DNA of 28,712 nucleotides from an uncultured virus (IMG/VR IMGVR_UViG_3300050343_000139). Taxonomy: Duplodnaviria > Heunggongvirae > Uroviricota > Caudoviricetes. This document shows, piece by piece, positions 1 through 9,712 of the stretch. Numbering within the stretch: the first letter of the stretch is position 1; the number at the start of each line of letters is the position of its first letter. The stretch is from IMG/VR virus record IMGVR_UViG_3300050343_000139. One strand, given 5' to 3'. The notes beneath the pieces were generated by a model. It ran no database searches. It was not told the origin of the DNA and was given only the letters and a program-made list of their open reading frames with translations. Both the position numbers and the translations under genes were made by a program.

Positions 1-1739
1 TCGTCTTTTAAAAATTGTGTAGAACCAGACAAACTGTTTCTATCCATATCTTTTTTAAATTTCTTGCTATTCATTAAGATACCAAGGTCAGAACCACTCA
101 TTCTAAATTTTTGACCTCTTGATACTCCTTCTCCTAAACCTATTGTTTTTGCTGCATTCATTGCACTCCTATAGATAAACAAACTGGGAACAAAAGTAAA
201 CATATCTGTTCTTTCATGTAATGAACCTCTTTTATCTGTAGCAGGTCCTCCGAACTCTATTTGATAAGCATCTCTTTGATTGTCAGCATATTTGGATTTG
301 GCTGTCTTGCCACCAAAATCAACATAAAAAGAGATAAGACTTTTCTTATTTTTTAAATCTGGCTCAAGTGAATGTATAGCTCTTTGTATGTGACTTCTGG
401 TGGGTACGTAATTATGACGTTGTCTATTTGCAGTAAATGTGGTGCTAACAGTACCACTTATATTTATGTCTGAATTAGGTATTTCAACTTTTTTACTTTG
501 GTATTTCTTTTTTTTAATTTGTGTAGTTTCTACTAGTTCTACTTTTCCTGGTTTAGACCTAGAGGATGGTCTAAAAGACTTTAAGTCTTCATCTGATATA
601 TCTCCATCTACAAAGCCATCTCTGACCCATCTTCTTCTTTTGGTTGTACCCTGAACAATTAAGTCACCTCTAAGTTTTCTTGCAGCTTGTCTAACTTTAC
701 CACTCTTGCTTAAATCAGTTCCGTTTCTAGCTTTCTCTAAAAGTGTGCTTGCAATTATATATTGAATTTGACCTGACTTCAATTCTGCATGATTAGTTAA
801 TGGTGTATTTTTTATAACTTCTGACGCAGCTTTCATCATTTCTCCTGCTGCTCCAACTAATTCTTCATGAGTAGCATTTCCCGCTGCACCAAAACCATAG
901 GTCACTCCTTGTCCTTCTACTAAAAAATCAAAATACTCCTCGTCAAGTGAATCTACAAGGTTGTCTAACTCTTTTGCTGTCGTTGTTGCTGCTGATGATA
1001 CAGTTACTTGACCCTCTTCAGATGTGTAAGATGTTGTTTTTATATTGTCTGGATGATGTATTTGCTCTATGTTTTGAGGCTTTCTTACTTTTGATGACAT
1101 AATTTCATCTAAGTCAGCCTTTTGTATTAACTGGTCTATTTCTTCAGGAGTGTAATTTTTTGTAGAATAAGCAGAAAGTATATCATCATGTTTTCTTAAA
1201 TCAGCAAAACTTTCATCTCCTCTTAAAGCTTTTTGAGCTCTGGCAGTAGCATATGGGTCTGGAGCATTTGCTACAGCAAGTGCATGTGTACTTCTTTGCC
1301 ACTTGGTTAATGGACTATTAATTTTTGTTAACTCTCTCTGCATAGCCATGTCCATTCTTTTAGGATTAATTTCTAACTTGGCTCTAAATAAAACTCTATC
1401 CATATATGAAAGAGCTCTCTTTGAAGCTCTACCATAGGCTACATTCATAGCCCTACCGCCAAGTCCACCAATGTCAGGAGCAAGGGAACTAAATGCACTA
1501 TTCATAACTTTAGCTGCACCCTTGAAAGAAAAACGTCTAGCTACAGATTGACCTTCTCCATTCATTTGTCTTATAACTGCATCTTTGGTGTTACTTGTAT
1601 CTAAAAAGTCATAACCAACACCACGTATTTTGCTAGTTTTAATTCCTGTGGCTGCCCCTATGTCACCACCAATTTTAAGACCCCTATATAGTTTTTCTTT
1701 AGGTTGTTTTAATTGTCTTGAAGAGCTAAACAAAGCCAT
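1..1739 (-). CDS. Large virion morphogenesis protein, possibly an expanded HK97-gp10-like neck/tail-completion protein (runs off the window)
   Basis: Not in the ORF track. ATG at 1739 (MALFSSSRQLKQPK...) lies 2 nt after the head-closure stop, and the same frame is still open at the window edge (...MDRNSLSGSTQFLKD), so >579 aa. Contains AYQIEFGG...FVPSLFIYRSA, resembling gp10 YVEFGT...PFLRPA motifs, and sits at the gp10 position. Confidence 0.6.
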   Translation of the reverse strand, partial: MALFSSSRQLKQPKEKLYRGLKIGGDIGAATGIKTSKIRGVGYDFLDTSNTKDAVIRQMNGEGQSVARRFSFKGAAKVMNSAFSSLAPDIGGLGGRAMNVAYGRASKRALSYMDRVLFRAKLEINPKRMDMAMQRELTKINSPLTKWQRSTHALAVANAPDPYATARAQKALRGDESFADLRKHDDILSAYSTKNYTPEEIDQLIQKADLDEIMSSKVRKPQNIEQIHHPDNIKTTSYTSEEGQVTVSSAATTTAKELDNLVDSLDEEYFDFLVEGQGVTYGFGAAGNATHEELVGAAGEMMKAASEVIKNTPLTNHAELKSGQIQYIIASTLLEKARNGTDLSKSGKVRQAARKLRGDLIVQGTTKRRRWVRDGFVDGDISDEDLKSFRPSSRSKPGKVELVETTQIKKKKYQSKKVEIPNSDINISGTVSTTFTANRQRHNYVPTRSHIQRAIHSLEPDLKNKKSLISFYVDFGGKTAKSKYADNQRDAYQIEFGGPATDKRGSLHERTDMFTFVPSLFIYRSAMNAAKTIGLGEGVSRGQKFRMSGSDLGILMNSKKFKKDMDRNSLSGSTQFLKD

Positions 1740-1741
1740 AG

Positions 1742-2083
1742 TTATTCTCTATGAAGCAAGCTTAAATTTTTATAATATATTCCGCCATCTCTTTTTCTAG
1801 CTTCTGTAACACTTTGTATTTCATAATATTTAGTTCCGTCAAATATTCTATCTGAAGCTTTTACGTCAGTATTTCCAGGAACTACACATCCAAAAGTTTG
1901 TACTACTGTGTTTCTTCCGTCTCTATTTTCTGATTCACTTGTTTTAATTAACCTACATTTGACAGCTGAAGAAGTATTTACCCAAGAATCTGATTCAACA
2001 CCTCTTTCATCTACAGTTACTCCAGCAGTTCGCTGTATCGTTATTGTGTCTATTAAATGTCTTGTATTGAAATGTGCTGGCAT
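1742..2083 (-). CDS. Head-closure / head-tail joining protein (SPP1 gp16 / HK97 gp7-like)
   Basis: TITIQR...DERG...W and DVKASDRI...YYEIQSV pattern; follows the adaptor gene. ATG 2083 preferred over the track start at 2092. Confidence 0.8.
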   Translation of the reverse strand: MPAHFNTRHLIDTITIQRTAGVTVDERGVESDSWVNTSSAVKCRLIKTSESENRDGRNTVVQTFGCVVPGNTDVKASDRIFDGTKYYEIQSVTEARKRDGGIYYKNLSLLHRE

Positions 2084-2084
2084 A

Positions 2085-2741
2085 TCATACAAAAAACTGT
2101 CTTCTAAAAGGAGCTAACAAAGACATGTCAGTTCCTGTGAGAACAGCTGTAGAGTTGAGATTTAAAGAACCTGGATATTGTATAGAATAGTCACCTATTC
2201 TTTGACTATCTCCTAGTGTGAAGTTAGAAACTTCTGTTGAAGATTGTCCTTGTACATCCCCAGCTTCTTGTTGTGATGCGATTATTAAAGATGATTGTAG
2301 TAGTCTTGCAGATGCTCTTTCAGATACTGCTTTAAACTGTATCGGTAACTCTGGTGAATTACCTGAGCCTCGTGGATAATATCCAGCATTATAGGTAACT
2401 ACTATATTTTGAGGTTTAGCATAAGACCATCTCATGCCTACTTTTTGAAGTCTTCCATTTGAAAAAGATACAAAGTCTTCTTCATTACCAGCTGTTAGTG
2501 TAAAACCATCTTCAACGACTGATGTTATTGAGTTAACAGGAAGATGAGTTAAAAATAATTCTTTAGTTTGGTCACCTGTAAAAGTTTCAACTTGAGTTGT
2601 TTGTTCTACGTCATAACCGACGTACTCTTTAATTACAGAATCAGCTAATGGAATTATATTATTAGTAAGATGAGACTCTAAATCAGAATCAATATCAAAC
2701 TGCATATATGCTTCTACATTAGTAGCAGTACAGAAAGCCAT
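2085..2741 (-). CDS. Head-tail adaptor/connector (HK97 gp6 / SPP1 gp15-like)
   Basis: FCTATNVEAY start, IKEYVG, LTHLPVNSITSV, VVTYNAGY, IGDYSIQY and LAPFRR end; position downstream of the capsid gene. Confidence 0.85.
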   Translation of the reverse strand: MAFCTATNVEAYMQFDIDSDLESHLTNNIIPLADSVIKEYVGYDVEQTTQVETFTGDQTKELFLTHLPVNSITSVVEDGFTLTAGNEEDFVSFSNGRLQKVGMRWSYAKPQNIVVTYNAGYYPRGSGNSPELPIQFKAVSERASARLLQSSLIIASQQEAGDVQGQSSTEVSNFTLGDSQRIGDYSIQYPGSLNLNSTAVLTGTDMSLLAPFRRQFFV

Positions 2742-2758
2742 TTTCTAGAGCTCCTGTT

Positions 2759-3037
2759 TTACTTGTCTGTTGATTTAGTGTCTGTTACTTTGACGGATTT
2801 ATTCTCAACTGGTTTTTGTGCTTTTTTAGCAGGAGCTTCTTTGTTTTCAGAAGCTTCTTTTTTAGCAGGAGCTTTCTTAACTTCTAAAGCACCTTGTTCT
2901 TTAAGCCACTCTGTTGGATATTCCTTACCAGCTTTAGCAATTAAGTCTGCTTGTGCTGTAGGTAAATCAGCAGGTGAACCTTTCCAGATTTTTCCGTCAG
3001 GTAATTTATAAACGTTTTGTTCTAATACTTTGTACAT
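2759..3037 (-). CDS. Small Lys/Ala-rich virion-associated protein with duplicated APAKK
   Basis: 92-aa ORF between capsid and adaptor. An 18-bp direct repeat at 2821-2838 and 2857-2874 encodes APAKK twice. Confidence 0.75.
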   Translation of the reverse strand: MYKVLEQNVYKLPDGKIWKGSPADLPTAQADLIAKAGKEYPTEWLKEQGALEVKKAPAKKEASENKEAPAKKAQKPVENKSVKVTDTKSTDK

Positions 3038-3078
3038 AATAATTAATCCTACCTTATCTCTTGCGAATTTTTGGTTTT

Positions 3079-3234
3079 TTATTCCTCTTCGGTTTCGGCT
3101 TGTTGTAACTCATTTATATTCTCCGTTGTTGGTTTGATTTTAACTCTAAAAGATTCAATAATATCTTCAGATGTTTTAAAAAATTCTTTACTTCTTTTTA
3201 TAAGTCCAAAAGGTTGTAAATCTCTTTCAAACAT
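3079..3234 (-). CDS. Hypothetical 51-aa protein (MFERDLQPFGLIKRSKEFF...ETEEE)
   Basis: Read manually. GGAGGAG RBS at 3238-3244; fills the gap in the operon. Confidence 0.7.
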   Translation of the reverse strand: MFERDLQPFGLIKRSKEFFKTSEDIIESFRVKIKPTTENINELQQAETEEE

Positions 3235-3246
3235 TTTCTCCTCCAA

Positions 3247-3285
3247 TTGTTTTTGGGGTTAGTACGAACTAACCCCAAGAAACAA
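3247..3285 (-). terminator. Strong hairpin after the capsid gene (terminator lacking a U-tract, or mRNA stabiliser)
   Basis: TTGGGGTTAGT-acga-ACTAACCCCAA perfect 11-bp stem just after the capsid stop; no U-run follows. Confidence 0.6.
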
Positions 3286-3295
3286 ATAATCTCAA

Positions 3296-4531
3296 TTACA
3301 TATTTGTAATTGTGCAGAATGCGGTTGGTCTATAAATTGCAAAACCCATACGCATTGTTAATCTAATTGCCAATTGATTCTTCGCAAAGAAGTCTGAATG
3401 GCTATCAGATACAGCAAGGTCGACGTTTTCTCTCATTATTACTTGAGCAGCGTCGCCTCCGCCAAATTTACCCACAAGTACTGTTCCAGCAGCAATAGCT
3501 GTTGAAGGTACTACTTGAAGACCCCAAATTCTTGGAGCTGGGTTATCACCAAATCCGCCAGCTACTACAAACAATGGGTTCTTTGAACCGCTTGTTGTAA
3601 CATCTGAAACTGATGTGACAAGGTCATACCAGTCTGATGGATGTAAGACGATTGCATCTGGTTCTACAAATGCATCTTTCCTAATTTCAGTGATAGCTTG
3701 ATAAATTTGACCTAATTTTCCAAGTTCCCCACCATATGGGTCACCTGTATAGTCAAATGTATTAATTCCTGACTTGTTTAAAACACCTGTCAAGTTAGGT
3801 GCGGAACCATTTCCGTTAAGGAGTTGGTTGTCCATGTTTAACTTCATCATTGTTGACAATCTGGAGTTAACATAACCTTGGATTCCAGCAACATCACTTA
3901 GAAGCTCGTCAGTTACAGGCAAGAATGTAGCCATCTTTCTGATGGATTCTGTTCTTTCTGTAAAAGCTAAAGCACCTTCATTAGATGTACTAATGTCTGC
4001 GGCTTCAGCAACTGAACCAGCATTGTTTGTGAATGTTGTTTCTTCAAGATAAACATATGCATTTTGTGTTGTTTGAATTTGGTCAAACAATCCAATAACG
4101 CTGTCTGGATTTCTTAAAGCGGTTTCCAGGATACCAGGAGCTCTTAAGCTCTCTGGAGCGTAACCTGTTGTATTCAAAGTTGTTTTAAATTCAACATTTG
4201 AATCTACACCTTTAACACCATTGTTTACATATGCTTCATAAGCATTTGTATTTACTAGGTGTTCTCCAATAGATTTTGGAGCTTCCATTCCTGATACTTC
4301 AGGTTGTGGAACAGTGTTGACAGGTTCGTTAGCAATTTCCATTGCTTTTTCGTTTGAAACTTTAGCTTCTTCGACTTTTAAATCATCAACAAGTCCAGCT
4401 AGTTCAGAGTTGAGACCTTTGATTTTCTCTTTGGCCTCAGGTGTGTACTTGCCGTCCTGAGATGCGTCGAATACGCCTTTAAGTTCTTCACGAGATTGAG
4501 CGATTTGCTCTTTTATCTCATTTGATTTCAC
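3296..4531 (-). CDS. Major capsid protein, HK97 fold, with N-terminal delta/scaffold domain
   Basis: Coiled-coil N-terminus, probable cleavage VEFK/TTL, and motifs VTDELLSD, LLNGNGSAPNLTGVL, IVLHPSDW, RIWGLQVV, FAKNQLAIR, RPTAF. Confidence 0.97.
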   Translation of the reverse strand: MKSNEIKEQIAQSREELKGVFDASQDGKYTPEAKEKIKGLNSELAGLVDDLKVEEAKVSNEKAMEIANEPVNTVPQPEVSGMEAPKSIGEHLVNTNAYEAYVNNGVKGVDSNVEFKTTLNTTGYAPESLRAPGILETALRNPDSVIGLFDQIQTTQNAYVYLEETTFTNNAGSVAEAADISTSNEGALAFTERTESIRKMATFLPVTDELLSDVAGIQGYVNSRLSTMMKLNMDNQLLNGNGSAPNLTGVLNKSGINTFDYTGDPYGGELGKLGQIYQAITEIRKDAFVEPDAIVLHPSDWYDLVTSVSDVTTSGSKNPLFVVAGGFGDNPAPRIWGLQVVPSTAIAAGTVLVGKFGGGDAAQVIMRENVDLAVSDSHSDFFAKNQLAIRLTMRMGFAIYRPTAFCTITNM

Positions 4532-4553
4532 GATATTCTCCTGTGATATTAAT

Positions 4554-5810
4554 TTATACTTCTATTTCGATATCCACAGTTTCAGCTAATAATTGTTGAC
4601 TCTCTATCCACTGTGCGTCAAATTCCTCATCAACTAAGTCTTCTTCCTCTTCAGCAGTTTCAGTAGTTTCAGCTACAGGAACTAGTTCTTCAGTTTCGAC
4701 TACTTCAACTTCAACAGCTTCAGTAGCTTCTTCTTCTATAACTTCTTCCTCAACTTCGACTTCAACAGTTTCAACATCGGGAGAACCCTCTGCTTCAACT
4801 TCAACTTCTGATGAGATAGTCTCTTCAGCTTCAGCTATTTCATCATCAGAATAATTTCCAATAAATGAATCAATTTCTTGACTAGCCTCTGTAAGGTATT
4901 CTTGCACTGCGCGTAAAGCGTCAGTAGCTTTTATTCCCATTTTCCTTCCATCCTTAGCACGTAACATCGCAATGGCGTTAGCTCGTGCCATTAAGTCGTC
5001 CAATGCAGCAAGCACATCTTTGACTTGTTGTGAGAAAGTTAATTTCTCAACATCTTTTTCCTCTACTTCAGCAGAATTCTTTTCCTCTTCTTCTCTCATA
5101 GATTTCTCTATAGAAGCAAGGTAAGCTGGGTGGTCTTTGCAAGGCATGTACAAAACTGTACCATCGTGCTCATGCTCGTGACTACCAGAACAACCTAATT
5201 CTTTAGCTCGTTCTTCAGCTTCTTCCGCTGTTTTGAATAAATCTTTTCCTGAATATTTTTCTTCAGGCATTTCGTCCTCAGACTCAGAATTAACTTCATC
5301 CTCTGGTTCTTTTGAAATTTCTTTTAGTAAATCATTGTTAGACTTTATAGCCATAGTATAAGTTTCTTGATTTGCTCCTACTAAAACTGGTGATACTTCA
5401 AAGACTGTAAGTCCTTTTAGATATCGAGCATCAATTTCTTTTTCGCCATCTTGAAACGTACCTCTTTCACTATCATCTACTTTATAACCAAATGACCATT
5501 GCTGTAAGTCGCCCATATTTTTTACAATGTTGTATGCTTCTTTTCCAGATTCAGTGTCCATAAAGAACTCTCCTTCAAAAGTAGCTTTACTACCATCTTC
5601 TATTATTTTTCCTTTTCCGATTGGCATGTCCCACTTGTGAGCCCATACCATAGGAACTGAACCTGATTTAAATCCTGATTCTATTGCACCCGGAAGAACA
5701 ATATCACCATCTGAATCTAAGTTGTTAAATACTGAAAATACAGCACTTACTTTCCCTTCTGATTCTTCTTTAAACTCTAGGTCTATACTTTTTAATTCTC
5801 TATTTGACAT
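4554..5810 (-). CDS. HK97-family prohead protease (S78) with a DUF3721-like Cys/His insert and an acidic scaffold-like tail
   Basis: VFNNLDSDGDIVLPGA, WAHKWDMPIG (His), QWSFGY (Ser), FEVSPVLVGAN; lies between portal and capsid. Confidence 0.95.
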   Translation of the reverse strand: MSNRELKSIDLEFKEESEGKVSAVFSVFNNLDSDGDIVLPGAIESGFKSGSVPMVWAHKWDMPIGKGKIIEDGSKATFEGEFFMDTESGKEAYNIVKNMGDLQQWSFGYKVDDSERGTFQDGEKEIDARYLKGLTVFEVSPVLVGANQETYTMAIKSNNDLLKEISKEPEDEVNSESEDEMPEEKYSGKDLFKTAEEAEERAKELGCSGSHEHEHDGTVLYMPCKDHPAYLASIEKSMREEEEKNSAEVEEKDVEKLTFSQQVKDVLAALDDLMARANAIAMLRAKDGRKMGIKATDALRAVQEYLTEASQEIDSFIGNYSDDEIAEAEETISSEVEVEAEGSPDVETVEVEVEEEVIEEEATEAVEVEVVETEELVPVAETTETAEEEEDLVDEEFDAQWIESQQLLAETVDIEIEV

Positions 5811-5849
5811 GTCGTTAGAATACTCCTACTAAGTTATGTAACTATAATA

Positions 5850-8492
5850 TCAACTAGAAGCCAAATTATGTGTCTTTTCCTTGGTAATATCTTTTATAAC
5901 TCTAAGCATAGATATTGGCATCACAACACTTCTATCTGTTCTTTTATGTGAACCATCTTCCATTATTGCCCATACCATCATAGTTGCAGTTTGTTTTTCA
6001 TTATTAACAGAAGTTACAATACCATGAACTGTAGAAGGTGGGTCTGGGTCCTTTTTTATTGACCAAGAAACAGATTGACCTACTTTAACACTAGAAGCTT
6101 TCATCCCACTCTTTTTAGATGAGAGAGGGTGAGAAGAAGGCAACAAGTCTGTATCGTAAGGCTTTCTCTTAAATCGTCCTGTACGCAAAGCGTGTAAGAA
6201 CCCATTAACTCTCGCTACTCCCCACTGTTCAGGACCAGTAACATTACCTCTCACTGAACCAGGGTTTGTTCGATAAGCACCGACACCTCTATTAAAAACC
6301 CTTATAAGAGTACTTAACCTTACGGTGTACTTTGGATTTTTAGCATTGTGTTCCTTAAGTTTATTAGTGAGTGTTTTTTTAATAGTCCCACTAACTTTAG
6401 AAAGGTAGAATTCATCAATCATTTGTTTTTGATATTCTAAAGATTTCTTTCGTCGTTCTCTGACTAATTTCTTTCTTTCATTAATTTCTGCTTTCATTTT
6501 AGGAACACCTATATTTAGAACACCACCCCATTTGATTGCTGCAATAACACCATTTAATCTATTATCATTTTGATGTCTGCCCATGTAACGTTCTCTTCTT
6601 TTTACCCAGTTAAGTACTGATTCACTTCTGTCTCCAGATTGATATTTAGACCATCTACTGTAAGCATCATTACCTGTAAAAGATGTTGGCGGATTACCAC
6701 CGTTACCTGCTAGTCTCCAAATTTCTGGCCAGTTTTCTTTTAAATCTTTTGCATATGAATATGAAAATTGTTTGTATTTAGAATTTGAAATCCTTATCGC
6801 CATATCATCTCCAGAGCTAGGGAAATTAGTTCTATCTTTTTTAGGTTTTTCTTTCTTTTCTGAAGGATTAAACATTTCAGATTCTTTTTCATATAAAACT
6901 TCAGCTTCTTCAAGTGATACTTTTAATTCATCTACAGGTTCAAAATCTTTTTTCATAGAAGCTAAAAACTTTTCTGCCTCTTCTCTAGTTTTAAAACATT
7001 CTACAACTTTGTTATCTTCGTGTTCTAATACACAGTAAGCACCACTAGGCATTTGAGCAATATATTTTTCTTCCCCCCTAGGTTCTTCTGTTCTTTGTAC
7101 TCGTGGCTCCCTAGAAGATTCAGGAGGTACAGCAGTTGAATCTAATATTGCTTTCGATTTAGGGTCTTCTCCGTCATACATGACTCTATCTCTTTCTAAT
7201 AAAGGTTGACCCTCTTCGTTTATTTGAATCATATTAAGAGGTCTTAAGTAAATATCATGCCTATCATCTGTTTCAAGACCCACAACTCTTCTTGCTTCTC
7301 CTATTGTTATCCATCCACCTTGAACACCTGTATTAACTCTTTTATAAAGTTCGTCCATGTCTTCCTGCAAAGCTCTAACTTCTTTTACATCGTATTCACA
7401 TATGTATTCTTTTTCACCAAAGTCTGGTAAGAGTAATTGATGTGTTAGTTCATTTGCAACAGTTTTCCATAAAGGAATAAGTTTTTGTTCAGTAAAGAAT
7501 TCTCTTAATTCACTTGTATTATTATACGTGGCCGAATCCAGTCCAGCTCCGAGTCCAGCGAGAATTGCTGGGACACCTAAAACTGCTGATATTCTCTCTT
7601 CTGGGAGTCTTCTTAGTTCTTGTAGTTTCATTTGGTCTGGAGAGAAAGATACAACATCTACATTCATAGAACCCGATAAGACCATTGGCTGTCCTCTATT
7701 TGCACCACCAAATTTTTGTTTATAAGACTCAGAAATAGCTTCAGCTTCTTCTCTTGTTGGTCCACCCATGGCATCGTTTCTAGGGGAAAGTACAACTCCT
7801 GGTACAGCCATATTGTGTAATAAAGCAGCTGACCATTGTCCAGCAGCTTCGTCTCCAAGAATTTCTCTTAAAACACCTTTAAGTGGAGCATGTCCTCTTC
7901 TATGGTCATTAGGGTCAATACCTTGTCTTATGTGAACAACATCATCATATGGTAAATCTAATGCATTACCACTTCCATGAACAAAATACTCATAGTGCGT
8001 TATTAATTCTTTATCGTTGCCTCTTACTTGAACTAAACTTGGCATTAGTGGTACTAATTGAACTACTTCTCCTTTTGTATTTCTATTCTTGTAGAGAAAA
8101 GCATCTCCTACTGTGTTTAAAGCTAAAACAATATAATGACTAATAAGTCCAGATGACATATAGGGATTAGGCCTTCTCCATAAATCAAATAAAGGGTGTT
8201 TGAAGTCTACATCTCTGTTACCAGCTTCGTCCATTTTAACAATTTGTAACATTGGCTCTGAGAAAGCTGTTGATAATACATTTAGACAAGCAATAACAGC
8301 TGAGTTTGCAGAACCATCACCAATTTCTTCTAATTGTTTTGTTTCCCAAAATCCAGAAGTAGTATTGTAACCATATACTGATGAATCCAAACCGTAGTTC
8401 TGATTATATCTACCCTGTGCTTTTTCTCCACCAGAGTTAGGTCTAATTATATCTACAATTCTTTGAAATCTACTTTTATTTTCTTGTTCCAT
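5850..8492 (-). CDS. Portal protein (HK97-like) with a ~455-aa multi-domain C-terminal extension
   Basis: HPLFDL..RPNPYM, GDAFLY, QLVPLMP, DVVHIR, ISAVLGVPAIL, ATYNN, WITIGEAR; the portal core ends near aa 425. Confidence 0.95.
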   Translation of the reverse strand: MEQENKSRFQRIVDIIRPNSGGEKAQGRYNQNYGLDSSVYGYNTTSGFWETKQLEEIGDGSANSAVIACLNVLSTAFSEPMLQIVKMDEAGNRDVDFKHPLFDLWRRPNPYMSSGLISHYIVLALNTVGDAFLYKNRNTKGEVVQLVPLMPSLVQVRGNDKELITHYEYFVHGSGNALDLPYDDVVHIRQGIDPNDHRRGHAPLKGVLREILGDEAAGQWSAALLHNMAVPGVVLSPRNDAMGGPTREEAEAISESYKQKFGGANRGQPMVLSGSMNVDVVSFSPDQMKLQELRRLPEERISAVLGVPAILAGLGAGLDSATYNNTSELREFFTEQKLIPLWKTVANELTHQLLLPDFGEKEYICEYDVKEVRALQEDMDELYKRVNTGVQGGWITIGEARRVVGLETDDRHDIYLRPLNMIQINEEGQPLLERDRVMYDGEDPKSKAILDSTAVPPESSREPRVQRTEEPRGEEKYIAQMPSGAYCVLEHEDNKVVECFKTREEAEKFLASMKKDFEPVDELKVSLEEAEVLYEKESEMFNPSEKKEKPKKDRTNFPSSGDDMAIRISNSKYKQFSYSYAKDLKENWPEIWRLAGNGGNPPTSFTGNDAYSRWSKYQSGDRSESVLNWVKRRERYMGRHQNDNRLNGVIAAIKWGGVLNIGVPKMKAEINERKKLVRERRKKSLEYQKQMIDEFYLSKVSGTIKKTLTNKLKEHNAKNPKYTVRLSTLIRVFNRGVGAYRTNPGSVRGNVTGPEQWGVARVNGFLHALRTGRFKRKPYDTDLLPSSHPLSSKKSGMKASSVKVGQSVSWSIKKDPDPPSTVHGIVTSVNNEKQTATMMVWAIMEDGSHKRTDRSVVMPISMLRVIKDITKEKTHNLASS

Positions 8493-9712
8493 TAAAAAGC
8501 CTGCCAGGTTCTTTTGTTTTGCAGATGTTGTGCTCCTAAAGCTAATGCATCTACCATATCATCATGAGCACCAAGCGGGAACGTCAAAAGTTCCCTCTCT
8601 AAATCAGGTACCCATGCTGCATCAGCTCGAAACAACACATCTCCTGCCTCCATCCTAGCCGATAATGGCAAAGCCTTTGTTATTTTATCCTTATCAGCAG
8701 AAACTTCTATAACTCTCAATCCACTCCTTTGAGCCATTTGCGTAAAGGGTTTTGATAAACCTTGTTTTTCTAATAAAACATGTTTCCAATTATATCTTCT
8801 GTACATGTCTCTAATTGCTGGAACAACATCAGGTCCTTCAACTTTTATTCTTTGAACGTCATTAACAAATATTCTCATATCTGGTGTCTGAGCGAAGCTC
8901 ACAATTGCTGTGTAGTCAGAAGCATCTGCTGTTGTAACTGCAATATCTGCAGCACCAAAAAAACTTAACTGTTCTGGATTCCATTGAGTTCCACCACCTA
9001 TCCATAAATTGTTTGATTTAATTGAGTAGTATGCAAACCACTCTGGTTTAAACATGGCTTGTCCAGATTCAACAAACTCTGCCATATACTCTTGAGCAAA
9101 AACAATAGAACCTACTTCTGCTTTAGCACTCTCTAATTCCTCTGGGTCAATACTAGGGTTATCTAAAGTTGAAAATTTAAATCTTTCCCAGTTTGGTAAT
9201 TCGTTTGCTGTTTCCCACAAATCGTAAAACCAATTACCAACGCCCATAGGAGTACTAATAAATAACGCTCCACCTTTTCTTTCAGTCAGTGTTGGTCTTA
9301 ATACTTCTCTCCATACTTCTGGCTTTATAAATGCAGCTTCGTCCATAACTAAAAAGTCAAGACCTTCACCTCTTAGACGTTGTGGATTATCAGCAGATTT
9401 AGCACCTATATATCCACCGTTCGGAAAATGAACTTCCATATTAGCAAGTGATATTTTAGGTCTTATTTCTTCGGGAAATGAATAGGCTGCATTTTCTATT
9501 GCTCTCCAGCCAACTCTAGCAATTGCAAAAGTAGGTGCAACCCACCAAGCTCTTTTTCCAGCTAAGGCATTTTCTAAACACAGTTGTACGCCTAATCTAG
9601 TTTTACCAAATCTTCTTCCTGCACAAAGAATTTTCCAACGACTATCAGATTGTGCAACTTTTTTCTGCGCTTCATGCAAAGGAGGTAGTTGTGCTACATA
9701 TTCGTTTGACAC
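8492..9712 (-). CDS. terL: Terminase large subunit
   Basis: Walker A AGRRFGKT, Walker B LVMDEAA, ISTP coupling motif, RNase H-like AADIA...DYTA and HDDMVDA. Confidence 0.97.
   Translation of the reverse strand: MSNEYVAQLPPLHEAQKKVAQSDSRWKILCAGRRFGKTRLGVQLCLENALAGKRAWWVAPTFAIARVGWRAIENAAYSFPEEIRPKISLANMEVHFPNGGYIGAKSADNPQRLRGEGLDFLVMDEAAFIKPEVWREVLRPTLTERKGGALFISTPMGVGNWFYDLWETANELPNWERFKFSTLDNPSIDPEELESAKAEVGSIVFAQEYMAEFVESGQAMFKPEWFAYYSIKSNNLWIGGGTQWNPEQLSFFGAADIAVTTADASDYTAIVSFAQTPDMRIFVNDVQRIKVEGPDVVPAIRDMYRRYNWKHVLLEKQGLSKPFTQMAQRSGLRVIEVSADKDKITKALPLSARMEAGDVLFRADAAWVPDLERELLTFPLGAHDDMVDALALGAQHLQNKRTWQAF

Noticed and set aside
439..8968. Plus-strand ORFs 439, 1908, 2763, 3071, 6772, 7528, 7949, 8780 and the nested minus ORF 7664
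   Set aside because: Shadow frames of well-supported structural genes, with Ser/Leu/Phe-rich antisense composition.
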